In this document: positions 35,940 to 48,127 of the stretch, in pieces
Position numbering within the stretch: the stretch's first letter is position 1
How the letters are laid out: each line of letters begins with the position of its first letter
Assembly (NCBI RefSeq): GCF_044704955.1
Contig: NC_091989.1
Location: 21,824,001 to 21,888,000 of the forward strand
Direction of reading: 5' to 3'
Source of the DNA: Pristiophorus japonicus
Lineage: Eukaryota
Length of the DNA: 64,000 nt
Made by a program: the position numbers and the translations under genes
The notes under the pieces: model-generated
Told to the model about the DNA's origin: nothing
The model's input: the letters and a program-made list of their open reading frames with translations, nothing else
Databases searched by the model: none

Positions 35940-37674
35940 AAGATATGCTTGCTGCTCCGTAGCACCTCCTTGAGCTGTTTTATTCCGTCATCCCCTAGGG
36001 TACAGAGTCGTAAATCCAATTCTTCCACAGTGGAATGACTGAGACAGTAACATAAAGCAGAGATGTCTAGAGGACTCAGAGAAACGTTAAAAAACTCTAC
36101 ACGTTTGATACGAGGAGATACTTCTGCTGTTACAGTTGGATCATGCAGTTCAAAAAGATAACACATTAAATTCAGCAACTCTGACGACTTAATGTTTCGC
36201 TCGAGACAGTTTTTGAACCATGTTATGAGCGCTCTGGTTGTAGAATGAGTGAGAGGAGCTGTACAGTTCCACAACTTGCCGTCTCTTCCTGCTGTTAAGA
36301 AGCCCATGAGAAACCTGGTGAAATTGTACAGTTTCTCTGAGTATTCCGGCTGAAATGGTTGCAGATAAAATTGGCTATTTTGATTCCGTGGCGTTTCCCC
36401 AAAACACCAAAGATCCAGACATTTGACCAACTCTTCAGCATCATCATTCAGTGAAGTCGCACAATACAACGCTGCAAACTGCTCCTTCAGCACAACATGG
36501 TAGAACTCAAAGATATTTTGACCTTTACTCTTCTTTTCCAAGATAAAATTTGAGAAATACTCTGAAAGAATTTTTGGTTCTATTTTATAGGCATCCAGAT
36601 CATCTTTATTCATTTCAAGTTTCCCTGACAGCAGGTTGTTGAAGGACAGTGCCCCCAGTTTCAGGACAGTGTCTTGAAGCACTTTTACTTTCTGTTCAAT
36701 CTCACATTTATCAATAGCGATCACTATCTCTTCAGCTGAACTGCAGTTAAATAGATTGTAAAGGAACAGCAAGAACACTTTGCTGTGAGTCAGTGGCATT
36801 CTTGCCTTTGTCTCAGGACAGTCCCTACATCTGTCCAAAATATTGCACAGGATGTAGCTGTTGAGGGGATTAGAAGCCAGGCAGGTGATGGTCTCATTTT
36901 CTGTAAATTGCTTATACATTTTTGCTGCCGTTTCCTTTTCCTGACAGAACACTTCACAATATTTTTTCAATTGATCATTGGTAAACCCAGAGATAATAAG
37001 GATGCAATCAAAATGCTTTTTGTTAGATTCTATCTGCTTGGTATTCCATCGGGAGGTAACCAATACCTGTGCCTCTGGAAGGAGATCCCTGGAAATTATT
37101 TTGGATACAAGAACATTTACTTCAGCCTTTGTGTCCATGTTAAAATTACCATCTGGTGGATTCCATCGCAACTGATATCTGAATCCATCCAGTCCATCCA
37201 AAATGATCAACACATCATGAGGGTTTCGGAGAAGTTCAGTTAGGACTGATGACAATGGCTCGCACTGCTTCTTAAGCAGTTCCCGTAGAGTGATCTTTCC
37301 TTCAACCCCATTTAAGTCGGAAATTCTTAAAGCAATGACGCACTTAAACTGTGGCTCATTTGGATTTGATGCCCATTCTTGTTGAATCATACTCACTGCC
37401 CAGCTTTTACCCGCTGCCACATCTCCTACCAGTAAGGTTCGATTTGAGAGACGCTTTTCACTCTTGACCAAAGACAGCAGTTGTGTTGGTTGGATTTCTG
37501 TGGCTTTGTTTGATGCTGTGCTTTTGCTGATAGCGTCAATTCCATTTTCCTTTGGGTACAGAACATTTATACTTCGACTCAGGCTGCTGTAACGCCTGGG
37601 AATGCTGCCATTCAATGTTGCTATTTCTTCAGTAGGAATTTTCAAGATGTCATCTTTGTAATGTTGAATGGCAG
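35940..37674 (-). CDS. Gene A NACHT exon (1735 nt, phase 1-2): NACHT, winged helix, HD2 and first LRRs
   Basis: ttttgcttag acceptor and GTGAGT donor; Walker A LLVGDVAAGKS, Walker B VLIILDGLDG, sensor-1 VLVTSR, GFTNDQLKKYC, NPL, winged-helix FYHVVLKEQFAALY, FTRFLMG, LNLMCYLFE, LSPLDISALCYCL, LDLRLCTLGDDGIKQL. Confidence 0.96.
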
Positions 37675-37714
37675 CTAAGCAAAATAGATTTGAAAGTTTA
37701 TTTCCCACAACAAT

Positions 37715-39545
37715 AAACACTTGTATTTATATAGAGCTTTTAATGTAATAAAACATTCCAAGGCGCTTCACAGAACTGGTATAAAACAAAATTTGACATG
37801 AGCCACAGGAGGAGATATTAGGGCAGAAAGCTTGGTCAAAAGGGTAGGTTTTAAGGAGCGTCATAAAGGAGGAGAGAGATAGAGAGATGGAGAGGTTTAG
37901 GGAGGGAATTCTAGAGCTTAGGGCCTTGGCAGTTGAAGGCGCGGCCACAAATAGTGGAGCGATTAAAATAGGGGATGCTCAAAATGCCAGAATTAGAGGA
38001 GCGCAGATATCTCGGGGGTGGTGGTTGGGGGGGGGGGGCGGTGGTTGTGTGGCTGGGGGGGGGTGGTGGTGGTGGTTGTGTGGCTGGAGGAGATTACGGA
38101 GGTAATGAGGGGAGAGACCATGGAGGGATTTGAAAATAAGGATGATAATTTTAAAATCGAGGCATTGCTTAACCGGGAGCCAATGTAGGTCAGCGAGCAT
38201 AGGGGTGATGGATGAACGGGATTTGGTGCAAGTTAGGACATGGCCAGCCAAATTTTGGATGACCTCAAATTGATGTAGGGTAGAATGTGGGAGGCCAGCC
38301 AGGAGTGCATTGGAATAGTCAAAACTAGAGGTAACAAATATGGATGAGGGTTTCAGCAGCAGAAGAGCTGAGGCAGAGGTGGAGTCGGGTGGTATTACAG
38401 AGGTGGAATAGGCAATTTTTTATGTGGTCGGTAGCTCAAGATGGGCTCAAACACAAAACCAAGGTTGCGAGCACTCGAGGTTCAGCCTCAGACAGTTGGC
38501 AGAGAGAGGGATGCAGTTGGTGGCTATGGAACGGAGTTTGTGGCAGGGACCGAGGACAATAGTTTTGATCTTTCTAATATTTAGTTGGAGGAAATTTCTG
38601 CTCATCCAGTACTGGATGTCAGACACTTTAGAGAACGTGGTGGGGTCCAGAGAGCTGGTGGTGAGGTAGAGTTGGGTGTCGCCAGCATACATGTGCAAAT
38701 TTACACCATGTTTTTGGATGATGTCACCGAGGGGCAGCATGTTGATGAGAAATAGGAGGGGGCCGAGGATAGGTCCTTGCGGAATACCAGAGGTAAATGT
38801 GCTGGAGCGGGCGAAAAAGCCATTGTAGGTCATTCTCTGGCTGCGATTAGATAGATAAGAATGGAACCAGGTGAGTGCAGTCCCTCCCAGCTGGATGACA
38901 GCGGAGAAGTGTTGGAGGAGGTCAAGGAGGGATAGTTTATCTCTGTCAGTCACATAGGATTTCACTTGTGACTTTGATAAGAGCTGTGTTGGTATTGTGG
39001 CAGGGGCGGAAACCTGCTTGGAGGGATTCAAACATGGAGTTCTGGGAAAGATGGGCACAGATTTGGGAGGCAACAACACATTCAAAGAATTTGGAGAGGA
39101 AAGGGATGTTGGAGATGGGGTGGTAGTTTGCAAAGACGGAGGGATGAAGTGTTGGCTTTTTGAGAAGTAGTGTGATGACGGCAGATTTGATGGAGATTGG
39201 GACAGTACCTGAGGAGAGACAACCATTAATATCAGCTAACATGGGAGCCAGGAAGGGAAGTTGAGTGGTCAGCAGTTTAGTGGGAATAGGGTTGAGGAAG
39301 CAGGAGGTGAGTCTCATGGACAAGATGAGCATGAGGGCAGATAGGAGAGAAACTAGAGAATGACACGAGTTCAAGGCTAGGGCAGGGGAAGTTTGGCCTG
39401 GTGAGCTAGGGGAAGGAAGAGACGTGTTAGACACAGCTGATCAGATGGTCACAACCTTAGTGATAAAGAAGTCCGTGATCTCTCTGCACTTGTTGTTGGA
39501 GATGAATGTGAAAGAGACCGGGGACAGGGGGTTAAGACAGAAACC
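37715..39545 (-). mobile_element. L2-clade LINE fragment
   Basis: ORFs 38946..39434 and 38447..39226 (GIPQGPILGPLLFLI..HMYAGDTQLYL). Confidence 0.9.
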
Positions 39546-39907
39546 AGTTCTCTGGATGTCTGATGGTGACCTGTGTGACCCCAATACTGTGCTCTGTGTC
39601 CTGGACAGTTGGCTCGGTGGCCCCATTGTTGGATTTATAAATCTTTATATAATGTACATTTACTACATTTTCCAGATGATATTGATTGAATCTTCGTTGA
39701 ACTGCCCAAGCAACCACTCACTGGAGTTTCTGGTGGGGACTGAGCATTCCCTGCCCGATAGGGAGCCAAGTCTGTCAATCAGACTGGCTTCTGGCCAGGG
39801 AACCTACTGGGGAAAAACACAGCACAGCGTGTGGGGAAAACCAGACTTCCCCGTGACCAAAATTTCTCCCCCCGCTCACCAAACCCGCCCCAGTAAATAT
39901 TGGGGCC

Positions 39908-40495
39908 TTAGAATGCAAAAGCAAGGAAGTTATATTAAACCTTTATAATTCATTGGTTAGGCCCCAGCTGGAATATTATGTCCAATTCTGGGAACCAACT
40001 TTAGGAAGGCCTTGGAGAGGGTGCATTGGAGATTTACTAGAGTGGTACCAGGAATAAGGGTCTTCAGTTACGTGGAGAGTCTAGAGAGGCTGGGATTGTT
40101 CTTCTTAGAGCAGTGAAGGTTAAGGGGAGATTTAAGAGGTGTTCAAAATCATTAAGGGTTTTGATAGAGTAAATAAGGAGAGTCTGTTCTACTGACAGAA
40201 GGGTCAATAACCAGGGGACACAGATTTAAAGTAATTGACAAAAGAGCCAGAGGTAAGATGAGAATTTTTTTTTTTACGCAGTGAGTTGTGATCTGGAATG
40301 CACTGCCTGAAAGGGTGGTGGAAGCAGATTCAATATTAACTTTCAAAAGGGAATTGGAACACGATAGGGTGAAAATTGCAGGGAATATGGGGAAAGAGCA
40401 AGGGAGTGGGACTAATTGGATAGCTCTTTCACAGGCGCGACAGACCAAATGGCCGCCTTCTGTGCTGTAAGATTCTATGATTCTACGATTCTATT
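39908..40495 (+). mobile_element. CR1 3' fragment
   Basis: IWNALPERVVEADSILTFKREL; attctatg-type tail. Confidence 0.8.
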
Positions 40496-40602
40496 CTTTC
40501 ACATTGAACAGGATGTCCAAAAATGCTTTGTGACCAATTAATTACTTTTAAAGTATTATCGTATGCATCAGCCTGTTTATGGTAGGAAAATGTACTTTGT
40601 CA

Positions 40603-40737
40603 AGGGTATCACCTTTGGCTCAGTTGGTAGCACTTTCGCTTCTGAGTCAGAAGGTCATGAGGTCAAGTCTTACTCCAGACACTTGAGCACAAATCTAGGC
40701 TGAGACTCCAGTACAGTACTGAGGGAATGCTGCACTA
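40603..40737 (+). mobile_element. tRNA-derived SINE head plus start of Deu domain
   Basis: A-box tggctcagttgg, degenerate B-box ggtcaagtc, then ggctgagactccagtacagtactgaggg. Confidence 0.6.
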
Positions 40738-41325
40738 AATCACTTGATCTCAATTTTAGTGTCTCATCCAACAGAATGCACCTTCATGCTTCGTTGGTAC
40801 ACCCAACTGTGTCTGATTTTGCTCTTGGTAGTTAGTTTTCTGATAGACTTTACAAGACTTCAAAAGACAGCAAAGAACAAAGAGTTTGATTCTGAGCAAA
40901 ATCTAATATACAATAAATGGGGAGAAAATCACTTGACCAAAATAGTGATACACAGGTATGAATTTCTTCAAAGGGGCAGTCTCCCTTCGTGATTATTTTT
41001 TCTCCATAGATGCTGGCAAATGTTAACCATATTTAGTAGCTGAATTTCTTTCAAAGAATGAAGACCATGTGCCAGAAATGACTTGCTAATGTTAGATGAT
41101 AACACTCAACATATTCACGTAACATTCCTTTTTCTGTTTTAGTGGAGACAATAGCCCATTTAAAATAAATGTAACACCTGTGTTGAAATGGTGAAATGGG
41201 CGAATGTGTTAAGTATTGTCCACTGAAACCATCACCAGTCCTTTTTAAGGCCCATGCCTATGGTTGGTAATATAGTGTCTATCCCACAAGCAGATTCACC
41301 TTGGTTGGACAGCAATAAGCCTTTG

Positions 41326-41826
41326 TAGAATCATAAACTATAGTACAGCACAGAAGGAGCTATTCGGGCCATCGAGTCTGCGCCGGCTCTTTTAAAGAGC
41401 AATCCGTTATTCCCACTCAACCACTCTTTCCCATATTCCTGCAATATTTTCTCCTTCAAGTATTTATCCAATTCCCTTTTGAAGGCTACTATTGAATCTA
41501 TTTCTACTTCCCTATTGGGCAGTGCATTCCAAATCCTAACCATATGTTGTGCAAAAATGTTTTCCATTATGTCGCCTCTGGTTCCTTTGTAAATCTGTGT
41601 CCTCTGGTTACTCTCCAGCCATTAGAAACCGTTTCTCTTTATTTACTCTATCTAAACCCTTTATGATTTTAAACACCTCTATCAAATCTCCTCTTAGACG
41701 TCTTGTGGCTCTAAAGAGAACAACCCCAACTTTTCCAGTCTATTGACGTTACTGTAATCTCTTATCCCAGGAACTATTCTAGCAAATCTCTTCTGTACCC
41801 TCTCGAAAGACTTTATGTCCTTCCTT
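41326..41826 (-). mobile_element. CR1 3' fragment
   Basis: ORF 41331..41567 RIWNALPNREVEIDSIVAFKRELDKYL. Confidence 0.8.
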
Positions 41827-41879
41827 ACTTACAAAAGCAGAAAGATTTAGCTCTCAAATAAAAGAGTTGAACTCATTAC

Positions 41880-41912
41880 CTTGTATAGCATCAGCTGCCA
41901 GGAATGGTGTTT
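41880..41912 (-). CDS. Gene A juxtamembrane mini-exon (33 nt, (K)TPFLAADAIQ, phase 1-1)
   Basis: Strong polypyrimidine acceptor ttttatttttctctctag and GTAATG donor; paralogous to 3561-3590; phase joins the NACHT exon in frame. Confidence 0.8.
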
Positions 41913-42796
41913 CTAGAGAGAAAAATAAAACCAATTAGTGGCTGTTAAGAGTTATAGGATAAATAAAGACAGTTATTGGACCTCATGTCAATTGATGGGC
42001 TTTATTCACAAATAATTAAGTTCCAAACATTAGCCCAAAACGGAACACTTATATCCTACTAAAGAGCAACAAACCTGAAAGGATAGCCACCATCTTTAAT
42101 GAAAAATAATCAAATGCTATTATTATACTCTCGTACTTAGGATTGCAGCCCATTATCCTCATCTACAAGCTTCTCTATGACCTCAGACCTCTCTGTCTTT
42201 CCAACCTCCCCAAGCCTTACGAGGGTGAAATTGTTCTCGGGCAATATCGCAGAATGGACGATAGCGAATCGTAAGCCCATTTTATATCCCATTGAATTTC
42301 TTTTCCATAAACCAGAGACCAATTTCATCCGGGCATCATTGTTTGTATCCTCCACTAATCCAACTCTGGTCGATTGTATGTTCCCCCTCCCTCCGTTCCA
42401 ACCATAAGTGTCAGGGCCTTCAGCCATCTCACCCCAAACTCTCAAACTCCCCATAAACCCCTCTGCCTTCCTTCATCTTTTCCCACCTTCAAAAGCCTCC
42501 AGAAAATCCCAGCTCTTTCACCACCTGTTCAGTCACTTCTCCTCATTCTCCTACTCCAACTTGGACCTGATGACCAACTGTGTAGTGCCTTAGACTAACA
42601 GGAATAGTAGTTGTGAAAATTCAACAACCACATTACCTATTAATAAAAGATCTGATGATAAATCTATTCTAGCATAATTGACAGTTTTCACACATAATGT
42701 CGACACTGGTAATGTTTCATTGTAAAGAGAATCATTATGTTCAAGATATGTTTCTGTTGATGAAAACAAGCAGCTATTCTTAAATACTTGACTTAC

Positions 42797-42958
42797 TTTC
42801 AGTGCTAAGGTTTTGTCGTTTGTTGCTTTTGATTTTCCAAGTTCCAATTCCAATTGCAGTTGCAACAGTTCCAGCTAGGAGTGCACACATGATCAGTACT
42901 ATGATTCTGCTGCTTCCTTTTTCGGTTGGATCTTTTGGGTCATGTCCAATGGGTGTAT
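42797..42958 (-). CDS. Gene A transmembrane exon (162 nt, phase 1-1)
   Basis: tacttcag acceptor and GTAAGT donor; DTPIGHDPKDPTEKGSSR-IIVLIMCALLAGTVATAIGIGTW-KIKSNKRQNLSTE. Confidence 0.88.
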
Positions 42959-43908
42959 CTGAAGTATCAGGACAAGTATAACGTGACATTTGAGAAAGGC
43001 TCTTCAGGGAATGGAGACAGCAGAGGATCAGAGGAGCAGACGACTGTTGTGAAGTGCTCGCATCACTAAACAATTTCCAGCTGTCCCCTACCGAACTCGA
43101 GATACTTGACTTTTTCAATCATTTTACACTAAACTAACAGATGGAAGCTACTGATCAATGAGATTGATTAAAATTCAGGCAGATTTTTTTAAATTCACGA
43201 TTGGATTAAAATTATTCTTCACAAAACATAAACCACAAACATAACAAAAGAATATTATACATTTTATTTTATTATACATTATAAATATAAATTTATTATT
43301 TACAAATAAATAATACAATAAAGGCACTGCTTTTAGTTTGTATATTTTTGCCATTTACGAATGCAGCCTATTAACTCCCACAACTCATTGCTCACACTCC
43401 TTATTTTCCTTCAAAACATCAGTCCTCTACATTAAAGAGTTTCCAAATGCTGTCGTTGTTATTCAGAAGACTTGAATATGGCTATTGTCCGGAAACAGGA
43501 TTGGAAATACAAAATCCTAAGCCTGAAACGTGGACAATGGGTAGGATTCAGGAGAGAGGATTGAGCACCATTGCTGACAATTCAGGGGTGGAGGAAATAA
43601 CACTGGTCTTTAAATCAGAGTTTTCAAGGAGCACAAGTTTATTGAGGGTGCAAAGTGGGAGGCCTGCCATGAGAGAACTGGAACAGTCGATTCTGAACCT
43701 AACAAAAGCATGGATGGAGGCAGTAGATGGGCTGAGGCAGGGGTGGAGACGGGCGATATTACCGAAGTGGAAGTAGCTGGTCTTTGTGATGTTGGTATGT
43801 TAATATCATACAGCAAAATGTTAATGCCGCTGAGTATAAGTTGACCAGTATAAGTCGGCATGGGCTTGATGGGCCAAATGGTCTTCTTCCGTGCTGTAAC
43901 CATTCTAT

Positions 43909-45170
43909 GGGCCCAAGTTTCGACTGTCCCACAGAACAGTGCACCTCCGAGAGGCACGCCTATTTTCTGGAACATAAAGTGCACCTATTACTAACCTCGG
44001 TATTTTCTGATATTTTTCGGGCCCTTTCCAGGTCGGCGCGGCGCTGCTGGGGATGGGGCCAAGGCATTGCGACGAAGAACTGCCGGCAGGGGAGTGGGGC
44101 TAGGGCCCAACGTCAATTTTAGTGCCGGCAGCCTTGCGCATGCGCGCTAGAGTGTGCGCGCATGTGCAGTAGCTCCGCGGAGCCTGAATCTCTGCGATGC
44201 TGTGTGGGAGGGGCCTGAAGCACGCCGCCCCTAGTCCTGGCCGAATGGGCTCCCCGGGCATTGAAGATGTGCTTAAATAGTTATCGGGACATCCACACCG
44301 ATTATCGTTGGGATGATGATCAGTAACAGGGCAGAAAACTCGCACACAGCCCCATTTAACAAGACTATGTTCTGGCTGTGAGAAAACACTCCAGGTAAGT
44401 GGCTGATATGGACTCGTGACTGAAAAGCTCAGATGTGGGACCTGCCCGATATTGACGACTGTGAGCTGGACTCGGGATCCATGTCTTTGAACATTCTCTG
44501 ACAACCACAGATTTCGGCAAAGTAAGGAGATGACACTTCAAGACTGCATCCGCAGGGAGCGTGCCTACACTGGGGGAGAAACATCCTGCTTTTATTCCGG
44601 ACTGGTTGGAATTCTCAAAGTGGAATCTTGCAATCTGGAAGCACCAAATTCATAAACACTTAAATTAATAATTGTCTAGGTACAAAATACGCCAATTCCG
44701 GTGCGTGCTCCAGTCGGCAAGGTAGGACTTCTAATTTTTGTTACTTGATTTAATGTTCATTTATTATTTAAAAATTATGATGGTTTCTATGCATCTTTAT
44801 GGTTAAAAGTGAAGTGTTTAATGCTTTGTAAAATCCCCTAACTTCCCTCTAACTTCCGTTCCACCCCTATCTCTCGTTGCCTGTGCCTAATTTATAAAGT
44901 GTAGGCAAGGTTTTTCTGAGCATACAAAAATCTACACTTACTCCATTCTAAGTTAGTTTGGAGTAAGTTTTTGCTGCCTAAACTTGCAAGACAAGCGTAA
45001 GTGGCTGGTAATGCCCCCTTTTGGAAAAAAAAAACTGTTCTAAAATGAAACTATTCTAACTAACTAGAATTGGAGCAAACTAAATGCCGAGAATTGCAAT
45101 TTCTAAGATACTCCATACTAAACTAGTTGCTCCAAAAAATTAGGAGCAACTCGAGCCGAAACTTGAGCCC
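43909..45170. mobile_element. Non-autonomous DNA transposon (Harbinger-like MITE), copy 1
   Basis: TIRs gggcccaagtttcg / cgaaacttgagccc; both arms homologous to 45454-46893. Confidence 0.8.
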
Positions 45171-45453
45171 TCTGATTCTAAGTTACTGCTATGGATTAAT
45201 GGGCTGCACCCAGAATATTATAACCAGGTCTAGGTTCTATCTATTAAATACTTGCAGAAGGCAACAGCTGCTCTGGAAATGAATAACATGGATCACTCCC
45301 AAGGTCAGAATAGTTAGGCTAATTGAAGGAACTCATTATTGGAGTGGTAGCAAGTATGTTTGTGCCGGATGTGGGTCACAACATACAATGTGAGAGTAGA
45401 ATTTTCTCCCTTTTTTTCTAAGAAATTTAGAATGAAACTGTTAACATGATATT

Positions 45454-46893
45454 GGGCTCAAGTTACGAGCCGCGCCTAGAACGGCGCAGTCCCGTCCTGG
45501 ACGCCCGTTTTTCGCGCCACAAAGTGCGCCTAAAAAAATCTTCCAGATTCTCCAGCTCCCTGCAGGTCGTTTGCAGCTCGGCACAGCGCAGCACGAGCTG
45601 TAGGGGGCGGAGCCAGGTCCCTGCGCTGAAAACAGTGCCGGGACCTCTGCACATGCGCGCTACAGTGGGCGCGCATGTGCAGTAGCTCCAGGCGCCAAAA
45701 ACTGTGTGGGAGGGGCCGAAGCACGCAGCCCCTAGCCCTGGCCGAATGGCCTCACTGGGGCTGCATGAATAAGGCTCCTCCCACGGCCAGCTCCTGCTTC
45801 CTCCCGACCCGACTCGACTCCCGCTTCCCGGACCCGACACCGACTCCCGCTCCCCCCCCGCCCCTGGACCGGACCTGACCCTGACCCCCCGGACTGGACC
45901 CGACCCGACTCCCGCTTCCCCCCGCCCCCCGCCTCCGGACCAGACCCGACACCAACACCGACCCGACTCCCGCTTCCCCACCCCCCCCTGCCGACTGGAC
46001 CCGACCTGACCTCCCTCCCCCAGACCTGACCTCCCTCTCCCTCCCTCCCCCCAACCCGAACCGAACCGACCTCCCTCCCACCACCCCCCCGACCCCGACC
46101 CGACCCAACGCCACCTACCTGTAAATCTGATGCTGGGGACGGGCCCTGCCCAAAGTCTCGGGCCCGGCCCGTTCAGCCTCCCTCCCCCTTCTCCTTTCCC
46201 CCCCCCTCCTTTCCCCCTTCTCCTTTTGCCCTTCCCCCCTCTCCTCCTCCCCCCCCCCTCCCCCTTCCCCTCGCTGTCAGAAACACAGACACTGACAGAC
46301 AGAGAATGAGAGACACACACAGACAGACAGAGAGATAGAGACACTGACAGAGTCACACTGGGGGGCATCCCAGCACGCTGTTGGAAGGCTCCCGGTGCTG
46401 CAGTCGGTAAGTAGGAAATGTTTTATTTATTGATTTAAAAATTTTTTATTTCTTATTAATTTTTTTTGATTGATTTATTGGTTGATTTATTGATGTTTTT
46501 ATTAGTTATTATTGATGATGGCTCTTTATTTGTAAAACTGAAGTGTTTAATGTTTGTAAACTTCCCTTTAAACCCCCCCCCCCCCATTCCCTACGCCTGA
46601 TTTGTAACCTATGCCTGATTTTCTAAAGTGTAGACAAGGTTTTTTCAAAAATCTTCACTTACTACATTCTAAGTTAGTTTGGAGTAAGTTTTCACTGACG
46701 AAACTTTGAAAACAGGCATAAGTGGCCGGACACGCCCCCTTTTGGGAAAAAAAAATTCTGTTCCAAAGTGAAATTGTTCTAACTGACTAGAACTGGAGCA
46801 AACTAAATGGCGAGAATTCCGATTTCTAAGATACTCCGTTCTACACCAGTTGCTCCTAAAAATCAGAAGCAAATCATGTGGAAACTTGGGGCC
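45454..46893. mobile_element. Same MITE family, copy 2, with internal (CCCGA)n, C/T-rich and (CA/GA) simple repeats
   Basis: TIRs gggctcaagtta / gaaacttggggcc; shared blocks gcatgtgcagtagctcc and ctaagttagtttggagtaagtttt. Confidence 0.8.
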
Positions 46894-47316
46894 TATATGT
46901 CAGCAGGCAGAATGCTGAAAAACAAAAAGGTTCCACTACTCTGAGAGCGCTAAAATTAGGGACAGATTTATAGAATGTTCTCTTGACGAGCAGTTTCTTG
47001 TGCCTCTAGTCCAATCATATTACCTCAAAATATCTCACTCAAGAATTTTGATCAGAATGATCACTAAATACATCTAATGAAAACTAAACCATGCGTGTGC
47101 CAATATTTATTTCAGCAGCAACCCTATTTTTGGTGTAATTACTCATAAGTTTCCAGTTAATTATACCAGCATTGATACGCAACTGCATTAAGTCAACTGA
47201 ACCTACTGTTAAGGAGCACATCTTACTAAAATATAATTTCCATAACTGCAGGATTTTTAAGACCTTTCACCAATTTGTACAAACTAGCTACATTGACATT
47301 TATAAACCTTGCTCAC

Positions 47317-47664
47317 CAAGCACATTCAGTTGCACCACGTTCCTGATGTACCCCTTCCCATCCGCTTGAATCACATAGCACGTGTAGTTTCCCGTATCTG
47401 ATGGAGTGACTCCTTTTAGTTTAAGAGTCGCATTCCCTTTGGGGAATTCCTGGGAAAACAGCTCGGTTCGTCCCCTGAAAGCTTTGTCCTGATGCTCTGG
47501 ATGGTCCACCTCACTGTAGAAGCTGTGAACCACTTTGTGACTGTCCGTCCACTGCCAGTTAATGACAAGATTCTGCAGATTGAACCTGGCTGCAGGATGG
47601 AAGGTGGAGAGCAACAACACTTCTTCACCCGGGACTTGATATACTTGAGAGAAAGCTGCTGTTT
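47317..47664 (-). CDS. Gene A Ig V-set domain exon, B7/CD276/butyrophilin-like (348 nt, phase 1-1)
   Basis: ctcttcttcag acceptor and GTGAGC donor; NWQWTDSHKVVHSFY..QDKAFRGRTELF..GNATLKLKGVTPSDTGNYTCYV; 86/116 aa identical to the gene B IgV; two NxT sequons. Confidence 0.93.
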
Positions 47665-48127
47665 CTGAAGAAGAGGAGACATATTGTGAAGCAGTTACTT
47701 CTTTTCGACATCTTACCTAGTTGTAATGGGAAACCAAGTGTCACTAGTTTCGATCTGTTGACCTGACTACCCAGCCCGATACATCAACGCGTGCTGGAGA
47801 TTTGATGGATGATGTAGTTTGAGGAAGAGAGCAGCTTTTAACATCTTCCAGAACTACTGCTGAGGAGCCATAACAGTAACAGAAGAGTTGCTGGATTCCC
47901 AATCAGAGTTTGAATTACAAGCTGAAGACAGCCAGAGGTTGATTCACGGGTGGTAGGACAGACCACTAGTTCCAGTACGTCACAGGGGGAAGGGAGAGGG
48001 ACACTATCGAGGTCAGCTAAACCCTGTCTGGCCCATCGACAAAATCAACTGACTTGAGGACTTAAAGAACCAGAGATCAGACTCTGCACAGACATAAAAC
48101 TCCTGAGTAAAAAAAGATTACACTTAC

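Noticed and set aside
37675-37720. ORF-track start (MFIVVGNKLSNLFCL) for a stand-alone 594-aa NACHT protein
   Set aside because: The start codon is a non-ATG triplet at the edge of an L2 repeat, upstream of a good splice acceptor at 37674; the ORF's stop overlaps a GTGAGT donor, so this is an internal exon
45463-46368. 301-aa Gly/Arg-rich ORF
   Set aside because: Translation of simple repeats inside a MITE
42959-47316. Second (IgC) extracellular domain exon as in B7 and butyrophilin proteins
   Set aside because: No Ig-like ORF found here or in the matching gene B intron; the interval is mostly MITEs
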